A stretch of DNA of 64,000 nt from Vicinamibacterales bacterium (GTDB taxonomy: Bacteria; Acidobacteriota; Vicinamibacteria; Vicinamibacterales; JAMQPK01): assembly GCA_963761975.1 (NCBI GenBank), contig CAVXIR010000007.1, positions 1,359,906 through 1,423,905 of the forward strand. Reading direction: 5' to 3'. This document shows, piece by piece, positions 21,378 through 31,776 of this stretch. A program made the translations under genes and the position numbers. The notes beneath the pieces were generated by a model that was not told where the DNA came from, did not search any database, and saw nothing but the letters and a program-made list of their open reading frames with translations. How positions within the stretch are numbered: the first letter of the stretch is position 1; each line of letters opens with the position of its first letter.

Positions 21378-23141
21378 TCACTGAATCAACTGGAGCTCGA
21401 TCGTCGTTGTCTGTCCTTCGATGAGGCGAAACCGTTTTGCCGTGGATTCCATCTGTTTACGGAAAGCCGGATCGAATTGGCCGCCCTGCTCGAGCGCTTC
21501 GACCGCCACTGCAAAGTAATTACCGGGCGGCAGGCCTTTCGTTTCGAACCGTCCTTGTTGATCCGGGCGTGTTATAAGTGTGTAACGGCCGTTCAGTGCA
21601 GTTTCTCGTATTTTTTCTGGAAAGATCGCCACCGTGCAGTCTGTATCCGGACCGCTCGTGCTCTTTACGTTCCCGGCCAGCGTCGTCTGTTTGTCGGTCA
21701 GGACAATCTCAACGCCGGTAATGCTGGAGACCGCCGACACGTCGAGCGGCGTCTCGGTTATATTCGCGCCGTTGTATGTCACCGATTTCACCGACCAGCC
21801 GACCGATGGCGGAGCGAAGCTCGTTCCTGCGACGGCGAACAGCACGCGGCCAAATGCTTCCTCGATTTCGAACCTGCCGCTCGGGTCAATCGTGCCCTGG
21901 TTAGGGTCGATCACGCGAAAGATAGGGGAACCAAGTGGATCTGCAGGACTCACGATAATGCGGCTGGGTTTCTGTTCGGAACTGCCCTCGAACACCACCT
22001 GACCAGAAATCGTGGCACCAGGAGTGGTCGTGATGACGAGCCCGTTGATGTTGTTGCCATCGGCCGTGATTGACACTGATGCGCCTTCCGCGTCGGCGGT
22101 GCCACCTCGAGGCATCACCTCGAGCCAGTAATCGCCAGGCGGGACATGCGCAATGCTGAAGCTGCCGTCGGGGCCTATTCCACCCCCGGTGCGCATACCC
22201 ATGCCGGCGCCCGTGCGGGTGCGGATACCGATCATGGCGTTCGTGACAGGTTTTCCCATCGAGCTGCGCACCATGCCAGTGACTTTTGTCATTCTCGCCG
22301 GGACAAGAGCGAAGGATGCATGAGCTTCTTCTGCCAACCCTACGGTGATCGCCTGTGCTTCTTCTGAATTCAGTGTGCCGGGATAGTACGTCGTGGCATG
22401 CCCCTCGAAATCTGTGGCCGCGGCTCGCATACCTGGCATCGTCACCATCACATCGGTCGGGCTTGCGCTGACGATGTAGGTACCCGGCACGAGCCCATAC
22501 AGCCGGAACTCGCCGAGATCGTTGCTTTGGACATCGAATGCACCCGCGTCAGCCGGCATGAGTCGCCGTTGTCCATTTGGCATATACGAATGCCGCATCG
22601 CCTGCAGGCCGATGCCCGCGAGCGGCTCGCCAAACTCGTCGGTAACGCGTCCGGCAATGATACCGCCCCGCGGCAGTGCGAAGTCGATCTTCTCCACTGT
22701 CTGACCTTCTCCAATGTTCAGCGGCCGGCCCGACTCGAACGGCCGGCGTTGCCCGAACTGAAGCGACACGTATCCGTTGCGTGTCACGTAAATGTTGTAA
22801 CGGCCGGCAGGCAGATCGACGAACTCGTATCGGCCCTCCGCGTCGCTGTTGACGGTGCGGTTGATGCGAAGCTCGTTTGAGGAAATGCGAATGATCGCAC
22901 GCCGCAGTGGACTTCCCGTATCTGAAGAGACAACTCGTCCGCGAATCCGTGCAGTGCCGGTCGGTACAGCAGAGTTGTCACGTACTGGCATGCCAGGGTC
23001 CGGCGCGGGAGCGCCAGGCCGCGGTACGCCATGCGGGATTGTGGGTGCCTGAGCGTGCGCGGTCACGCTGAGCAGCGCAACAAAAATCGACAGAGTGGCC
23101 GCTCGCATCATCTCCTTACTCCACACATAAGGAAACTCCAC
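21378..23141 (-). CDS. Secreted carboxypeptidase-regulatory-like domain repeat protein
   Basis: Repeated IxGRV...G.PL...D.EGRY/F.F..LP.G.Y units; TYYPGT motif; signal peptide. Confidence 0.85.
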   Translation of the reverse strand: MEFPYVWSKEMMRAATLSIFVALLSVTAHAQAPTIPHGVPRPGAPAPDPGMPVRDNSAVPTGTARIRGRVVSSDTGSPLRRAIIRISSNELRINRTVNSDAEGRYEFVDLPAGRYNIYVTRNGYVSLQFGQRRPFESGRPLNIGEGQTVEKIDFALPRGGIIAGRVTDEFGEPLAGIGLQAMRHSYMPNGQRRLMPADAGAFDVQSNDLGEFRLYGLVPGTYIVSASPTDVMVTMPGMRAAATDFEGHATTYYPGTLNSEEAQAITVGLAEEAHASFALVPARMTKVTGMVRSSMGKPVTNAMIGIRTRTGAGMGMRTGGGIGPDGSFSIAHVPPGDYWLEVMPRGGTADAEGASVSITADGNNINGLVITTTPGATISGQVVFEGSSEQKPSRIIVSPADPLGSPIFRVIDPNQGTIDPSGRFEIEEAFGRVLFAVAGTSFAPPSVGWSVKSVTYNGANITETPLDVSAVSSITGVEIVLTDKQTTLAGNVKSTSGPDTDCTVAIFPEKIRETALNGRYTLITRPDQQGRFETKGLPPGNYFAVAVEALEQGGQFDPAFRKQMESTAKRFRLIEGQTTTIELQLIQ

Positions 23142-23295
23142 CTCGAGCGCCGTTCCGCTCTTTCAGAGCGAACCCTTTCCGAGAGCCTCGAGGCGCTTAC
23201 GAATCAATCGGCGAAGCGCAGGCCCTACGGCTGTAAGCGTAGGGCCTACCTCGTCGCCTGTGTTAGAACCGAGTGATCTCTCGATGTGATTCTCG

Positions 23296-23964
23296 TCAGT
23301 TACCGAGGCGCGGAAGCGCTTCAACATTAGGTCGACGACGCGATAACGCTGGCAACATCGTGAACACTTCAATCGTACGGGACTGTAGTCGCGGCAGCGC
23401 TGCGAGAGAGTCGCTGCTCCCTTTGGGTACCACACCGTCTTTCGCCTCGACGAAGCGAGTTCTAAAGTGACGGACCGCGATAGCCCTGAACCTGCGCTTT
23501 GGCGCAAGGGACTGTGCTGCGACCAGAGTTGGCGTAGGCAACTGTGCCAGGGCAGGTAGCTCGCGCTTCTCATCTGGTCGCATCAGCTCTGCGTAATACG
23601 GCCACCCATCGATGCACGTCCAATTGACCGTGTCTATACCAACCACAAACGTATAGAATCCCTGATAGGGGTTGCCCGCCTCTCTGCGCCTCGTGGCCTG
23701 TCGTAGGGTATAGTCGTGCTCCTCCTCCGCGCAGTGTTCTATTGCCTCATCATTGTGATAGTCCTGACAGATTGCGATTGCAGCACCGTCATCCTGCGGA
23801 CTGATGGAATACCAAACGGGATATCCCACCATTAGGACGAACGAATCAGTGCCATGTCTGTGGTAATTGTAACAGCTGTAGTCCGAAGCCGCGGCCGGGG
23901 ACGGGACAACCAGAATCGAGAGGGCAAAGAGACATGACAATAGGAACGTTCTTCCGGATGGCAT
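23296..23964 (-). CDS. Hypothetical secreted Cys-containing protein (3' end uncertain)
   Basis: Signal peptide ending PAAA-SDY; several Cys residues. Confidence 0.45.
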   Translation of the reverse strand: MPSGRTFLLSCLFALSILVVPSPAAASDYSCYNYHRHGTDSFVLMVGYPVWYSISPQDDGAAIAICQDYHNDEAIEHCAEEEHDYTLRQATRRREAGNPYQGFYTFVVGIDTVNWTCIDGWPYYAELMRPDEKRELPALAQLPTPTLVAAQSLAPKRRFRAIAVRHFRTRFVEAKDGVVPKGSSDSLAALPRLQSRTIEVFTMLPALSRRRPNVEALPRLGN

Positions 23965-24846
23965 TGCAGTCCTCCTTTTCCCGTGCAACGTGTGATTCTT
24001 AAACAACCGCTGATAGCAGCGGCTAGACTGGGGCGCCTGAGCTGAAAGAGCGGTTGAGCTGGGTCAACACGATCTCGCATCGACGAACTATGCAGACTGC
24101 AAAAGCTTTCGAACGATCAGGAGTATCGACGACGCATCGCGCTTGAAGCAACAGAGAGTAGTTGGCTGTCCTTGCCGACTTTTGGTGTATTGGAAAGGGA
24201 ACAATCTGCGACACAATCTGCAACAGCGTGCCACGAAGAATTTCGCGCATATCCGTAAGGGCAAGACACCAGAGTGAAACATGGAGGGAGGCGTGACGTG
24301 AATACGGTACGACTAGGCACAACTCAATCTCATCGGGCCCGAAACAAATTGCGAGAGTAGAGGGACACTGACGGCGGCCTCGGAATTGGTTGGAGCTGTG
24401 ACATTAGGTGGTGAGCGTCACGCTCTGTCACATGCATCAGACTTCGATCACAGGCGCGCACCGGTCAAAGATCACCTCGCGATTGAGGGTCCCTCGTCCC
24501 ACACTTCGAACACACGGCCGTCAGCGGACCAAGCGCTGACCCGCGTTACATTTTCGTCGACGATCTTCTGCCGCAAGCATTCCGCAAGAGTGTTACAGTT
24601 TGCTGCACCCAGCAGCAGACGACGGATCCTGAAGGAAGCAAATGCGCAATTCATGAGTCCTGTTGGGCCCAGGAGGCCGCGACGGCTATCCTTCCCGGCT
24701 CATGCGGCGCGCGACTCCAGTTTGCAAGAACGCGCTTGGTTGCAGTTTCATTTTTTTGGCCAGAACCGTTTAAACCACTGGCCTCTCAGTTATCTTGGGC
24801 GCGATGCATACTCCCCAGCTGCCGGCGATAAGTCGAGGAGGCTTCG

Positions 24847-25938
24847 ATGGACTATTCGATCGACCGACGACACGCCGGGCCATTCGACCTAGTTACGGCC
24901 GGCCATCACTTTCTCCTGAATGTGACACCGCTGCGAAAACCCAACTCATTTGATGCTCTGCGACAGTTCATTGGAACGGCATCGAGAATCGACATTTCAG
25001 CGATGGAACTCGACGCGGTGCTGCTCCGCTGTCTTGTGGTCCTGGGCAGGCATGCGACGTTTTCAGTGCCGAGCCTCTTCGAACGCTACTTGGCCAATAC
25101 GTTCTTACTCCACGATCCGCTGCGTCGCTTCTCCGAATGTATCGAGGACGCACTTCTTTATCACTGTATCGAAAATCGAACGGTGCAAGAGGCCATCCAC
25201 GTGATTAATAAGGGTTACGCGGACAGTGGATGTACCGCCTCCTCCGTTGCTGCCACCTTGCACGTACGATTGTCAACATTGGACGTGGCGTTTCAACGCG
25301 AGACAGGCCACTCACCCACAGAGCACATCCGAGATGTACACCTGGAACGATCAGCGATCCTTCTGGCTACAACGAACCTGAGTATCAAAGAGGTGTGGGC
25401 GCGCGTCGGATACAACCATCACAGCAATTACGACCATGATTTCAAGCATAGCTTTGGTGTAGCCCCTCGCGAGTATCGAGCACGCGCGATCGGACCGCTC
25501 GCGCGTGAGATGTGGCACGCTCGCCAAGCAACAATTGGTCCAACCGAAGCGGACAAATCGTCGCGCAACCAACGAGTATTGATCATCGACGATGACGAGG
25601 GTACCCGAATCATATTGGAAAGGTACCTTAAGCTACGGGGATATTCCGTTTTCTGCGCCGCAACCGGCGTCGATGGAATCCGTGAGGTGATTGACAAACC
25701 ACCTGACGTAGTTCTCCTCGACTACCGTCTCGGAGACGCTGACGGTGTTCACGTGCTTCGTGAAATCCGCGCCCGTTCGACGTGGGATCGTCCAGGCGTT
25801 GCCATGTTTACGGCTGACTGGGATGTGAGTGAGAGAGTTGAAGAAGTGTCGGCGCTTAACGCGATAATCGTATCCAAGCTTTGCGACATTGACCGCGTCG
25901 GCGAGCTAGTTGCTTATCTCTCTGCCGGGCTCAAGTAG
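24847..25938 (+). CDS. AraC-type HTH fused N-terminally to a response-regulator receiver domain
   Basis: LSIKEVWARVGYNHHSNYDHDFKHSFGVAPREYR (AraC), then RVLIIDDD...VLLDYRL...MFTA...SK (REC). Confidence 0.8.
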   Translation: MDYSIDRRHAGPFDLVTAGHHFLLNVTPLRKPNSFDALRQFIGTASRIDISAMELDAVLLRCLVVLGRHATFSVPSLFERYLANTFLLHDPLRRFSECIEDALLYHCIENRTVQEAIHVINKGYADSGCTASSVAATLHVRLSTLDVAFQRETGHSPTEHIRDVHLERSAILLATTNLSIKEVWARVGYNHHSNYDHDFKHSFGVAPREYRARAIGPLAREMWHARQATIGPTEADKSSRNQRVLIIDDDEGTRIILERYLKLRGYSVFCAATGVDGIREVIDKPPDVVLLDYRLGDADGVHVLREIRARSTWDRPGVAMFTADWDVSERVEEVSALNAIIVSKLCDIDRVGELVAYLSAGLK

Positions 25939-25984
25939 ACCCGATTCCGCAATGGCGTAATCGGCGCGCCCACGCTCGGGCAAT

Positions 25985-26550
25985 CTCACGGTGAATTTTC
26001 GCGGCGAAGCGCGGAAGAACGACACGCATCGGTCGACCACCGATCCGGACGCGCGGTTGTATAGAAAGCCAACCGGGAGCGAGGCCAAGCTCGCGTACGT
26101 GGCGTCTGCTGACGGAGAACCGGCACGGCCTGATGGTTGATGCGCTGGTGACCCCTGCGACCGGCACGGCGGAACGCGACGCGGCGCTGACGATGCTCGG
26201 GGGCCGCCCTGGGTGGCGGCGTCGGACCGTGGCGGGCGACAAGAACTACGACACGGGGGATTTTGTGCGCGAGACGCGCACGTTGGGCGTCACGCCGCAC
26301 GTCGCACAGTTCCCCGAAACGGAGCGGCGCGGCAGCGAGATCGATGGGCGCACGACCCGTCATCCCGGCTATAACATCAGTCAACGCAAACGGAAACTCG
26401 ACGAACAAGCATTTGGCTGGATGAAGACGCGTGGGCTTGCTGCGCAAGCTGCATCATCGCGGCGGCCCGCTGGTCAATTGGATCTTCACCTCCGCCGCCG
26501 CGCCGTACAACCTGGTCCGCCTGCGCCGTTTGCTGACGCAGCCGATCTGA
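25985..26550 (+). pseudogene. IS5-family transposase C-terminal fragment
   Basis: DARLYRK, TGTAERDAAL, GDKNYDT, RKRKLDEQAFGWMK, YNLVRL across frames. Confidence 0.8.
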
Positions 26551-26923
26551 TACACGGGGAGCGCATCGGCACAGTGCGATGACACAGTCACTTTCATTCG
26601 GCACCGTTCAAGCATGACATAGCGCCAGGAGTAAACGGTCGGTAGTGAGGAACGGTCGCGCGGCGCCGGGAAGGAAAACTGTATCAGACTAGGAAAGAAA
26701 CGCAGCCCTTCTGGCATGGCGTTTGCGTCACATCTCTCGTGTCGCATAGTGAATCTGAAAGAGAGGGCCAGATGGGTTTCGCCAGCAAGCACGAGGACGA
26801 CCGGGAAGAGATGGAGCGGGGACAGCAGAGACAACAGGACGAACAAGAAAAACAAGCACAGCCCCAACAAGAAAAGCAAGCAGAGCAAAAGGAACCGTCG
26901 CAGGAAGACAAAAAGCAATCCTC

Positions 26924-27520
26924 CTAACGCCGGCGTCGACCAGGGGCAGCAGTTGAACGAGACGAAGATCGTTCGAGAGTTCTAAACGCTGCCCTCCCTT
27001 TGATCCCAGGCGGACACCGCCTACGCGTGATTACTTTTCCGAACGTCAGGAAGTCCCAGCCATAAAAATGATTCGGGTGGACTCCCTCAAGCACATATCC
27101 ATTTTTCAGGTAGCACTCAATAGCCGGGAGATTCGTTGCCGACACATAAAACCAAAACTTGTACAGTTGTCGACGTCGCAGCTCGGCTTCAACTGATCGC
27201 AAAAGTTTGGAGAAAATGCCTCTCCCCCTGAAGGCCGGCGCTACAGCTCCCCATTCTCCTAAGAAGTCGCCCGCTCTAGATGTCGTGCCCCATAGAAAGC
27301 CAATGGCCTGGGTTCGGACAAATGCCCCATAGGCGATTGCGCGGGACCTTAGCATTCGGTGTGCGAGATCTTCAACTGTCCGGAATTGTCTCGACTCCTC
27401 ATCGAGGACCGTGGCCGGATAGTACTTGTCCTTCAACGATGAAAACGTCTTCTTCAGAAGCTCGTGGAGCGACGCTATATCACCCTTTCTCACTCGTCTA
27501 ATTTTGATTTCTAACGACAT
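26924..27520 (-). CDS. GNAT-family acetyltransferase
   Basis: AVAPAFRGRGIFSKLL acetyl-CoA motif; NLPAIECYLKNGY. Confidence 0.85.
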   Translation of the reverse strand: MSLEIKIRRVRKGDIASLHELLKKTFSSLKDKYYPATVLDEESRQFRTVEDLAHRMLRSRAIAYGAFVRTQAIGFLWGTTSRAGDFLGEWGAVAPAFRGRGIFSKLLRSVEAELRRRQLYKFWFYVSATNLPAIECYLKNGYVLEGVHPNHFYGWDFLTFGKVITRRRCPPGIKGRAAFRTLERSSSRSTAAPGRRRR

Positions 27521-27600
27521 TACGCATGTAGACTCGTTAGCGATAAACGAAGGACATTATCGAAACCTTACGCCAAGCGAACAGTAAGCATCTTAAGTAC

Positions 27601-27720
27601 TCATGAACCTTGGCTGACGACAGACGATGGGACACCGTTGGTACGAGCCAGCCATCGTTTCGACCATTGCCATAGCTGCCAGGCTGACTTGGCAAAAGTT
27701 CGAGTTACGTCCCGATGAGG
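27601..27720 (-). repeat. att-like site copy 1 plus orphan recombinase C-terminal tail C
   Basis: aaagttcgagttacgtcccgatgagg at 27695-27720; minus strand reads PHRDVTRTFAKSAWQLWQWSKRWLARTNGVPSSVVSQGS*. Confidence 0.9.
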
Positions 27721-27977
27721 GTCAGCGCTAGTGACTATTGTGGATAAGTGCTGATAAAGAACAGAAAAGCGGCTCAGCGAAGCCGTTTTTCTGTTGGCGT
27801 CATGACGTGCCAGAGCGGTACATTCACGCAGACCCCACCCGTGACATCGAACTTCCTAGACATTGGGGACTTCAGGGACGGTTATCGGAGAGCTAGCGTG
27901 TGATGTGAATGGAAAGACGCGGAGACGGTTCTGTGTCGACGATGAAACGTCCCGTTGGGATGGCTTCACCAATTGTG

Positions 27978-28802
27978 CTATGAAGTAGAACATGCGCTGG
28001 CTTTGTCCTTTACGGGACCGGAGCTAACGTAATTGATGATTAGGCCGCTCAAGCCCGTCTGAAGTTCTGGCGCATCGCTGAAGTAGATGAATTCACGCGT
28101 CTCGAACCAGTCAGCGGCGACGCTCTGATACCTGATGCAAATATTCTTTCCGAGAATATCTGGTTCACGCCGCTCGTCAAGAAAAGCTTTTATCCTTCTC
28201 CGCAACCGCGCTGGAATGATAGTGTCCCTAAAATCGCTGCCGTCAAGCGTCTCAACCGGCAATATCGTCTCGCCTGGTGCACCAGGCGCAAGTGTCGAGG
28301 AGTGCAATAAATGCAACGTGCGCCCTTCGTGCCTAATGTTGATGTCGTCACTATTAAGCGCCGCTCCCAGTCCAATGTTCCGAACAACGAGGTGGTTCCC
28401 CTCGACGCCGAGCACGACAAGTGGTGACACCGAGTTATTGAGCTGCTTTTCTGCGGCGTCGGCCTGGCGACGTCCGGCAGCTGTCTGACTACGTAGCTCC
28501 GTAATCTGGTTTCGTAGTTCCGTTAGCTGATCCTGAGCGCTGACTTGCAACGAGTGGGTAAAGTACGTATATGCGACCACCGCTCCGAGCGTGAAGAATG
28601 CTACGACCGCGTTGAAAATAACAGGACCGGTCCAATGTGTCGTGGGCCGTGCGTGCTCGAATTCGGTTGCGACGCGAGTAATTGTCGATCTCAGCCATTC
28701 ATTGTCGCGTTCCCGTCGCTCCAGCTCGGCACGGAGGGCCGCAGTTTCTGAATCGGTTGGTCGACGCTCGCTTCCCAAATGGTCGGAACCGTTTTGTGAC
28801 AT
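27978..28802 (-). CDS. Membrane-anchored coiled-coil hypothetical protein (cassette B cargo)
   Basis: 274-aa ORF with a single TM (FFTLGAVVAYTYF) flanked by coiled-coil-like segments. Confidence 0.7.
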   Translation of the reverse strand: MSQNGSDHLGSERRPTDSETAALRAELERRERDNEWLRSTITRVATEFEHARPTTHWTGPVIFNAVVAFFTLGAVVAYTYFTHSLQVSAQDQLTELRNQITELRSQTAAGRRQADAAEKQLNNSVSPLVVLGVEGNHLVVRNIGLGAALNSDDINIRHEGRTLHLLHSSTLAPGAPGETILPVETLDGSDFRDTIIPARLRRRIKAFLDERREPDILGKNICIRYQSVAADWFETREFIYFSDAPELQTGLSGLIINYVSSGPVKDKASACSTS

Positions 28803-28888
28803 GGATTCTGCGTCCTATAAAAGGCGGATACGAAAAGCAGCCCGACGAATCGGACTGCTTGGAACGGGCGTCGTGGTTGGCGCAGCTC

Positions 28889-29053
28889 CTACTCCACCTT
28901 CCAAAAGAGCACGGTGGCAGCTGCAATGAGGGACACGAAAAGCCATGCCATCCAACGTTGGTCGGGCGCAATCCAGTAGAAGAACACAGCCCCAAGCGCG
29001 AACAGTGCCATCAAGAACCACGCGGGTAACGCATATCCAAAGTACAGCTTCAT
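28889..29053 (-). CDS. Small two-TM protein (cassette B cargo)
   Basis: MKLYFGYALPAWFL...VLFWKVE; upstream minus-strand promoter TTGACA (29177-29172), 16 nt, TAGTAT (29155-29150). Confidence 0.55.
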   Translation of the reverse strand: MKLYFGYALPAWFLMALFALGAVFFYWIAPDQRWMAWLFVSLIAAATVLFWKVE

Positions 29054-29219
29054 ACAACCCTCCTTCCAAGGGAGGGTGCTAACCAGGCGCGCAAGTACCC
29101 TGACGAACAACCTTCCTCGGAGGAGGGTGTGAAGCTGTAACTGCTGTGAATACTACATGTTACGGACGAGTTGTCAAGTGCTCAGCGGGGACAGGACCCC
29201 GGAAGCCTGGTCTCTAGCC

Positions 29220-29694
29220 TCTAGCCTGGCGCATTTGACAATTTGTCTCTCAGATTTTCTCACGCAGCGAGCAGGTCGATGACATTTTGAATCGCCACGT
29301 CGGCTTTGTGGTACGCGGCTTCAATTTTGGCCGATAGCGTCGCGGTCTTCGTGGGCCTGTGGTGACCGGCTTGGCGAGGCGCGCGTCCAGCTCGTGCGTA
29401 ACGTAGCGCGCGTCTCGCGTGTCGGTAATCCGACCGACCACATCGGCACTGAGGCCGAGTTGCTCGTCGAATTCTCGAACGAGCAGCAACCCGGCGTCGG
29501 TGGTAAGCGTGCCGCCGGCAAAATCGACGACGAGTTTTGGTTGGAATCCGAAGCCAAGTTGCGTATAACAGTCTGTAGCCATCGCACCTCCTGTGTCGGC
29601 GTACCCTCGAGGTCTAAGTCACCGCGAAAGTACCACGACTTTTTCGAGGGCGATGGCGTTTTTACGTACTCATTCGTGAATTATCCGGGCTAGG
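29220..29694 (-). mobile_element. Internally deleted IS1380-family element
   Basis: Transposase N-terminus VVDFAGGTLTTDAGLLLVREFDEQLGL...DTRDARYVTHEL joined to unrelated sequence; ends ctagcccggataattcacgaat / ctagcctggcgcatttgacaat. Confidence 0.7.
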
Positions 29695-29699
29695 TGCGC

Positions 29700-29817
29700 C
29701 GGGGCTTTTTTCTTGGAACCATTTAGCAACTCTTCACGTTTCAACCACCGACGGCCCCAGCTTAGAAGCCTCCAGGCAGTTCTGGCAAAAGTTCGAGTTA
29801 CGTCCCGATGAGGTGCA
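29700..29817 (-). repeat. att-like site copy 2 plus orphan recombinase C-terminal tail B
   Basis: aaagttcgagttacgtcccgatgagg at 29788-29813; minus strand reads APHRDVTRTFARTAWRLLSWGRRWLKREELLNGSKKK. Confidence 0.9.
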
Positions 29818-30053
29818 CAAAAGCTAAAAATATTCCGCTTGGGCGGAATTTTGTGATTTTGTGCTGAGCGGAGCGATGTTTTTGTTTGAGCGAAGCGAAA
29901 GGCAAAAACCGCGAGCTGGGGTCGAGAAAAATTTCCGTCAGGAAATTTATTCGTGACCACAAGTGCTTACGGGCCCATCGATCGGGACCGTCATCAATGA
30001 TGCCGCAACCGTCTTTTAAACAGGAGGTGTCATATTGTGCCGGAGTGGAACAT

Positions 30054-30081
30054 TTGACCAGCCCCTCGTTTTTGCTATCGT
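30054..30081 (+). promoter_or_regulatory. Sigma70-like promoter (cassette A, unit 1)
   Basis: TTGACC, 16 nt, TATCGT with extended -10 TG; same layout as 32455-32482. Confidence 0.6.
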
Positions 30082-30209
30082 AACTGTCAGACAGTTCCTA
30101 CCAACCCAGCTTCAGCCTTGTGTTCCAAGTCTGCTCCTCTCCCGGCTCAACTGATGAATTCCATTCGACTGGGCCGAGACAGTTACTTCAACAGCTCAAG
30201 GAGGTACGT

Positions 30210-30371
30210 ATGAAAATACTCAGAACCTTGTTGGATAGATTTGCGCTACGTTGCGTGGAGTGTGGTAGTTGGGGGTATAAAGCTTTGGATGTAGGCGGAC
30301 TTTTTATCTCTAATCATCCAGAGTACCCCCAGATTCCACCTTTCGATATATGGCGCAGAAAGAATCTGTAG
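30210..30371 (+). CDS. Small protein with CxxC
   Basis: RBS aggagg; MKILRTLLDRFALRCVECGSWG... Confidence 0.4.
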   Translation: MKILRTLLDRFALRCVECGSWGYKALDVGGLFISNHPEYPQIPPFDIWRRKNL

Positions 30372-30462
30372 ACATTGCGGACACGTCATGGTGTCTAAAG
30401 TTGTAGGTACCGAGCCTTTTTGACGGTAAATAATTCCATCAATTCTTTACAGGAGAACTGGC

Positions 30463-30963
30463 ATGCTCTCTCAAACAATTCAGACATTCCCAGTCTGGAA
30501 GACCATCAGACTCGGAACTGGTCTCAAGACCGCCGAGGATTTTCGTGAGGCTCTGGACAAGAACGGATATCGCATTAGTGACTGGGGTAACAACGTCCTC
30601 GATAAATTCCCGGTAGATGATCAGGAAGTGAAGATGGATTTAGTAAACCTCTTGGTGATGGAACTCGGCTTTCCGGAGGAAGGTGCCTTCCACAAGGATA
30701 TATTCTCCAAAGCACTCGAGCTTGGCCTCGAGCTCTGCCCAGCGGAGGTAGGCCCTCAGCTTTGTATCCAGTTTATATTTTGGCAAAAGGGCAAATGGCT
30801 CATCATGGGAATGGACCCCCTTATCGATTCGTCTGGTAATCCAATTATCTTCCGTATCGGGCGCGGTTACGACGGCGAGAACTGGCTCTATGGACGTATT
30901 GGGGGACCTAGCAGTTTTGCAGGTGGAGGCGATCGTTTCGCCTTCATCCAACCGCGGAGATAG
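30463..30963 (+). CDS. Hypothetical protein, paralog of 32619-33122 (Patescibacteria-type family, inferred)
   Basis: FPVWKTIRLGTG...ELGF...ALELGLELCPAEVGPQL...MDP...FAF; RBS aggag; terminator at 30981-31013. Confidence 0.75.
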   Translation: MLSQTIQTFPVWKTIRLGTGLKTAEDFREALDKNGYRISDWGNNVLDKFPVDDQEVKMDLVNLLVMELGFPEEGAFHKDIFSKALELGLELCPAEVGPQLCIQFIFWQKGKWLIMGMDPLIDSSGNPIIFRIGRGYDGENWLYGRIGGPSSFAGGGDRFAFIQPRR

Positions 30964-31032
30964 CTAGTCTAATAAATTCAAGCCTCGACATACGGATGCG
31001 CCGGGGCTTTTTTCTTGGTACAGTAGATTGAG

Positions 31033-31656
31033 ATGCAGAATATTTACGAACAACTTGAGATTCCTGAGCACGATCGCCTGACGTCAATAAGGAAAGAAGA
31101 AGCCGAGTTCATCTATGAGTTTTTACATGATAAGAAAATTACCCAAACTCTCGAGACTGGGTTTGCCTACGGCTGTTCAACTGCTTACATTATGTCTGCC
31201 ACACAGTCTCCGCATGTGGCGGTAGACCCATTCCAAGAACGTTACGAACACTTGGGGTTAAAAAACATAAAGAAATTAGGGCTGGACAGTCATTTGCAGT
31301 TCATAAAGTTACCGTCCCATATTGCCTTACCAAATCTGTTGCAGGAAGGTCTGAAGATTGATTTCGGCTTTATAGATGGTGGCCATAAATTCGACGACAT
31401 TTTCATCGACTGGTTTTACATTGATTTACTCTTGAATCAGGGCGGATATGTAATGTTTGACGATACATGGCTCCATTCCACCAAGACTGTTGCTGCCTTT
31501 ATCACACGTAACAGGGAAGATTATGTAGCCGTTAGTGTTCCGATTGACAATATCTACTTATTTCAAAAAACCGGGGAAGACAGACGTGATTGGTCACACT
31601 TTAAGGATTTTGAGACTAAATTCTCTACATTAGAACAGGACGGTCGTTCTCAATAA
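31033..31656 (+). CDS. Class I SAM-dependent methyltransferase (Methyltransf_24-like)
   Basis: LETGFAYGCST, VDP, FIDGGHKFD, GGYVMFDD. Confidence 0.85.
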   Translation: MQNIYEQLEIPEHDRLTSIRKEEAEFIYEFLHDKKITQTLETGFAYGCSTAYIMSATQSPHVAVDPFQERYEHLGLKNIKKLGLDSHLQFIKLPSHIALPNLLQEGLKIDFGFIDGGHKFDDIFIDWFYIDLLLNQGGYVMFDDTWLHSTKTVAAFITRNREDYVAVSVPIDNIYLFQKTGEDRRDWSHFKDFETKFSTLEQDGRSQ

Positions 31657-31776
31657 TGCTGCAATCCTCTTTTCAGCAGAAGGTATCGGAATGTGCCGGG
31701 ACGGAATGTTGCGACAGTAAAGATGGAAACTCGTTTAGTGATGCAAGGAGGAAGGGCCTGCCTCGTCTCCCTTATT

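Noticed and set aside
26716-26985. Low-complexity Q/E/K-rich ORFs
   Set aside because: A small acidic peptide (26772-26927) is possible, but there is no homology or motif support, so it was not called.
610-27886. Shared 14-mer cagggacggttatc at ~610 and ~27873
   Set aside because: The first copy is inside a coding start region and there is no flanking similarity; likely chance.
29670-29960. 96-aa ORF as a real gene
   Set aside because: It is a composite of the non-coding cassette arm, tail B and the IS1380 end; only the tail part is meaningful.
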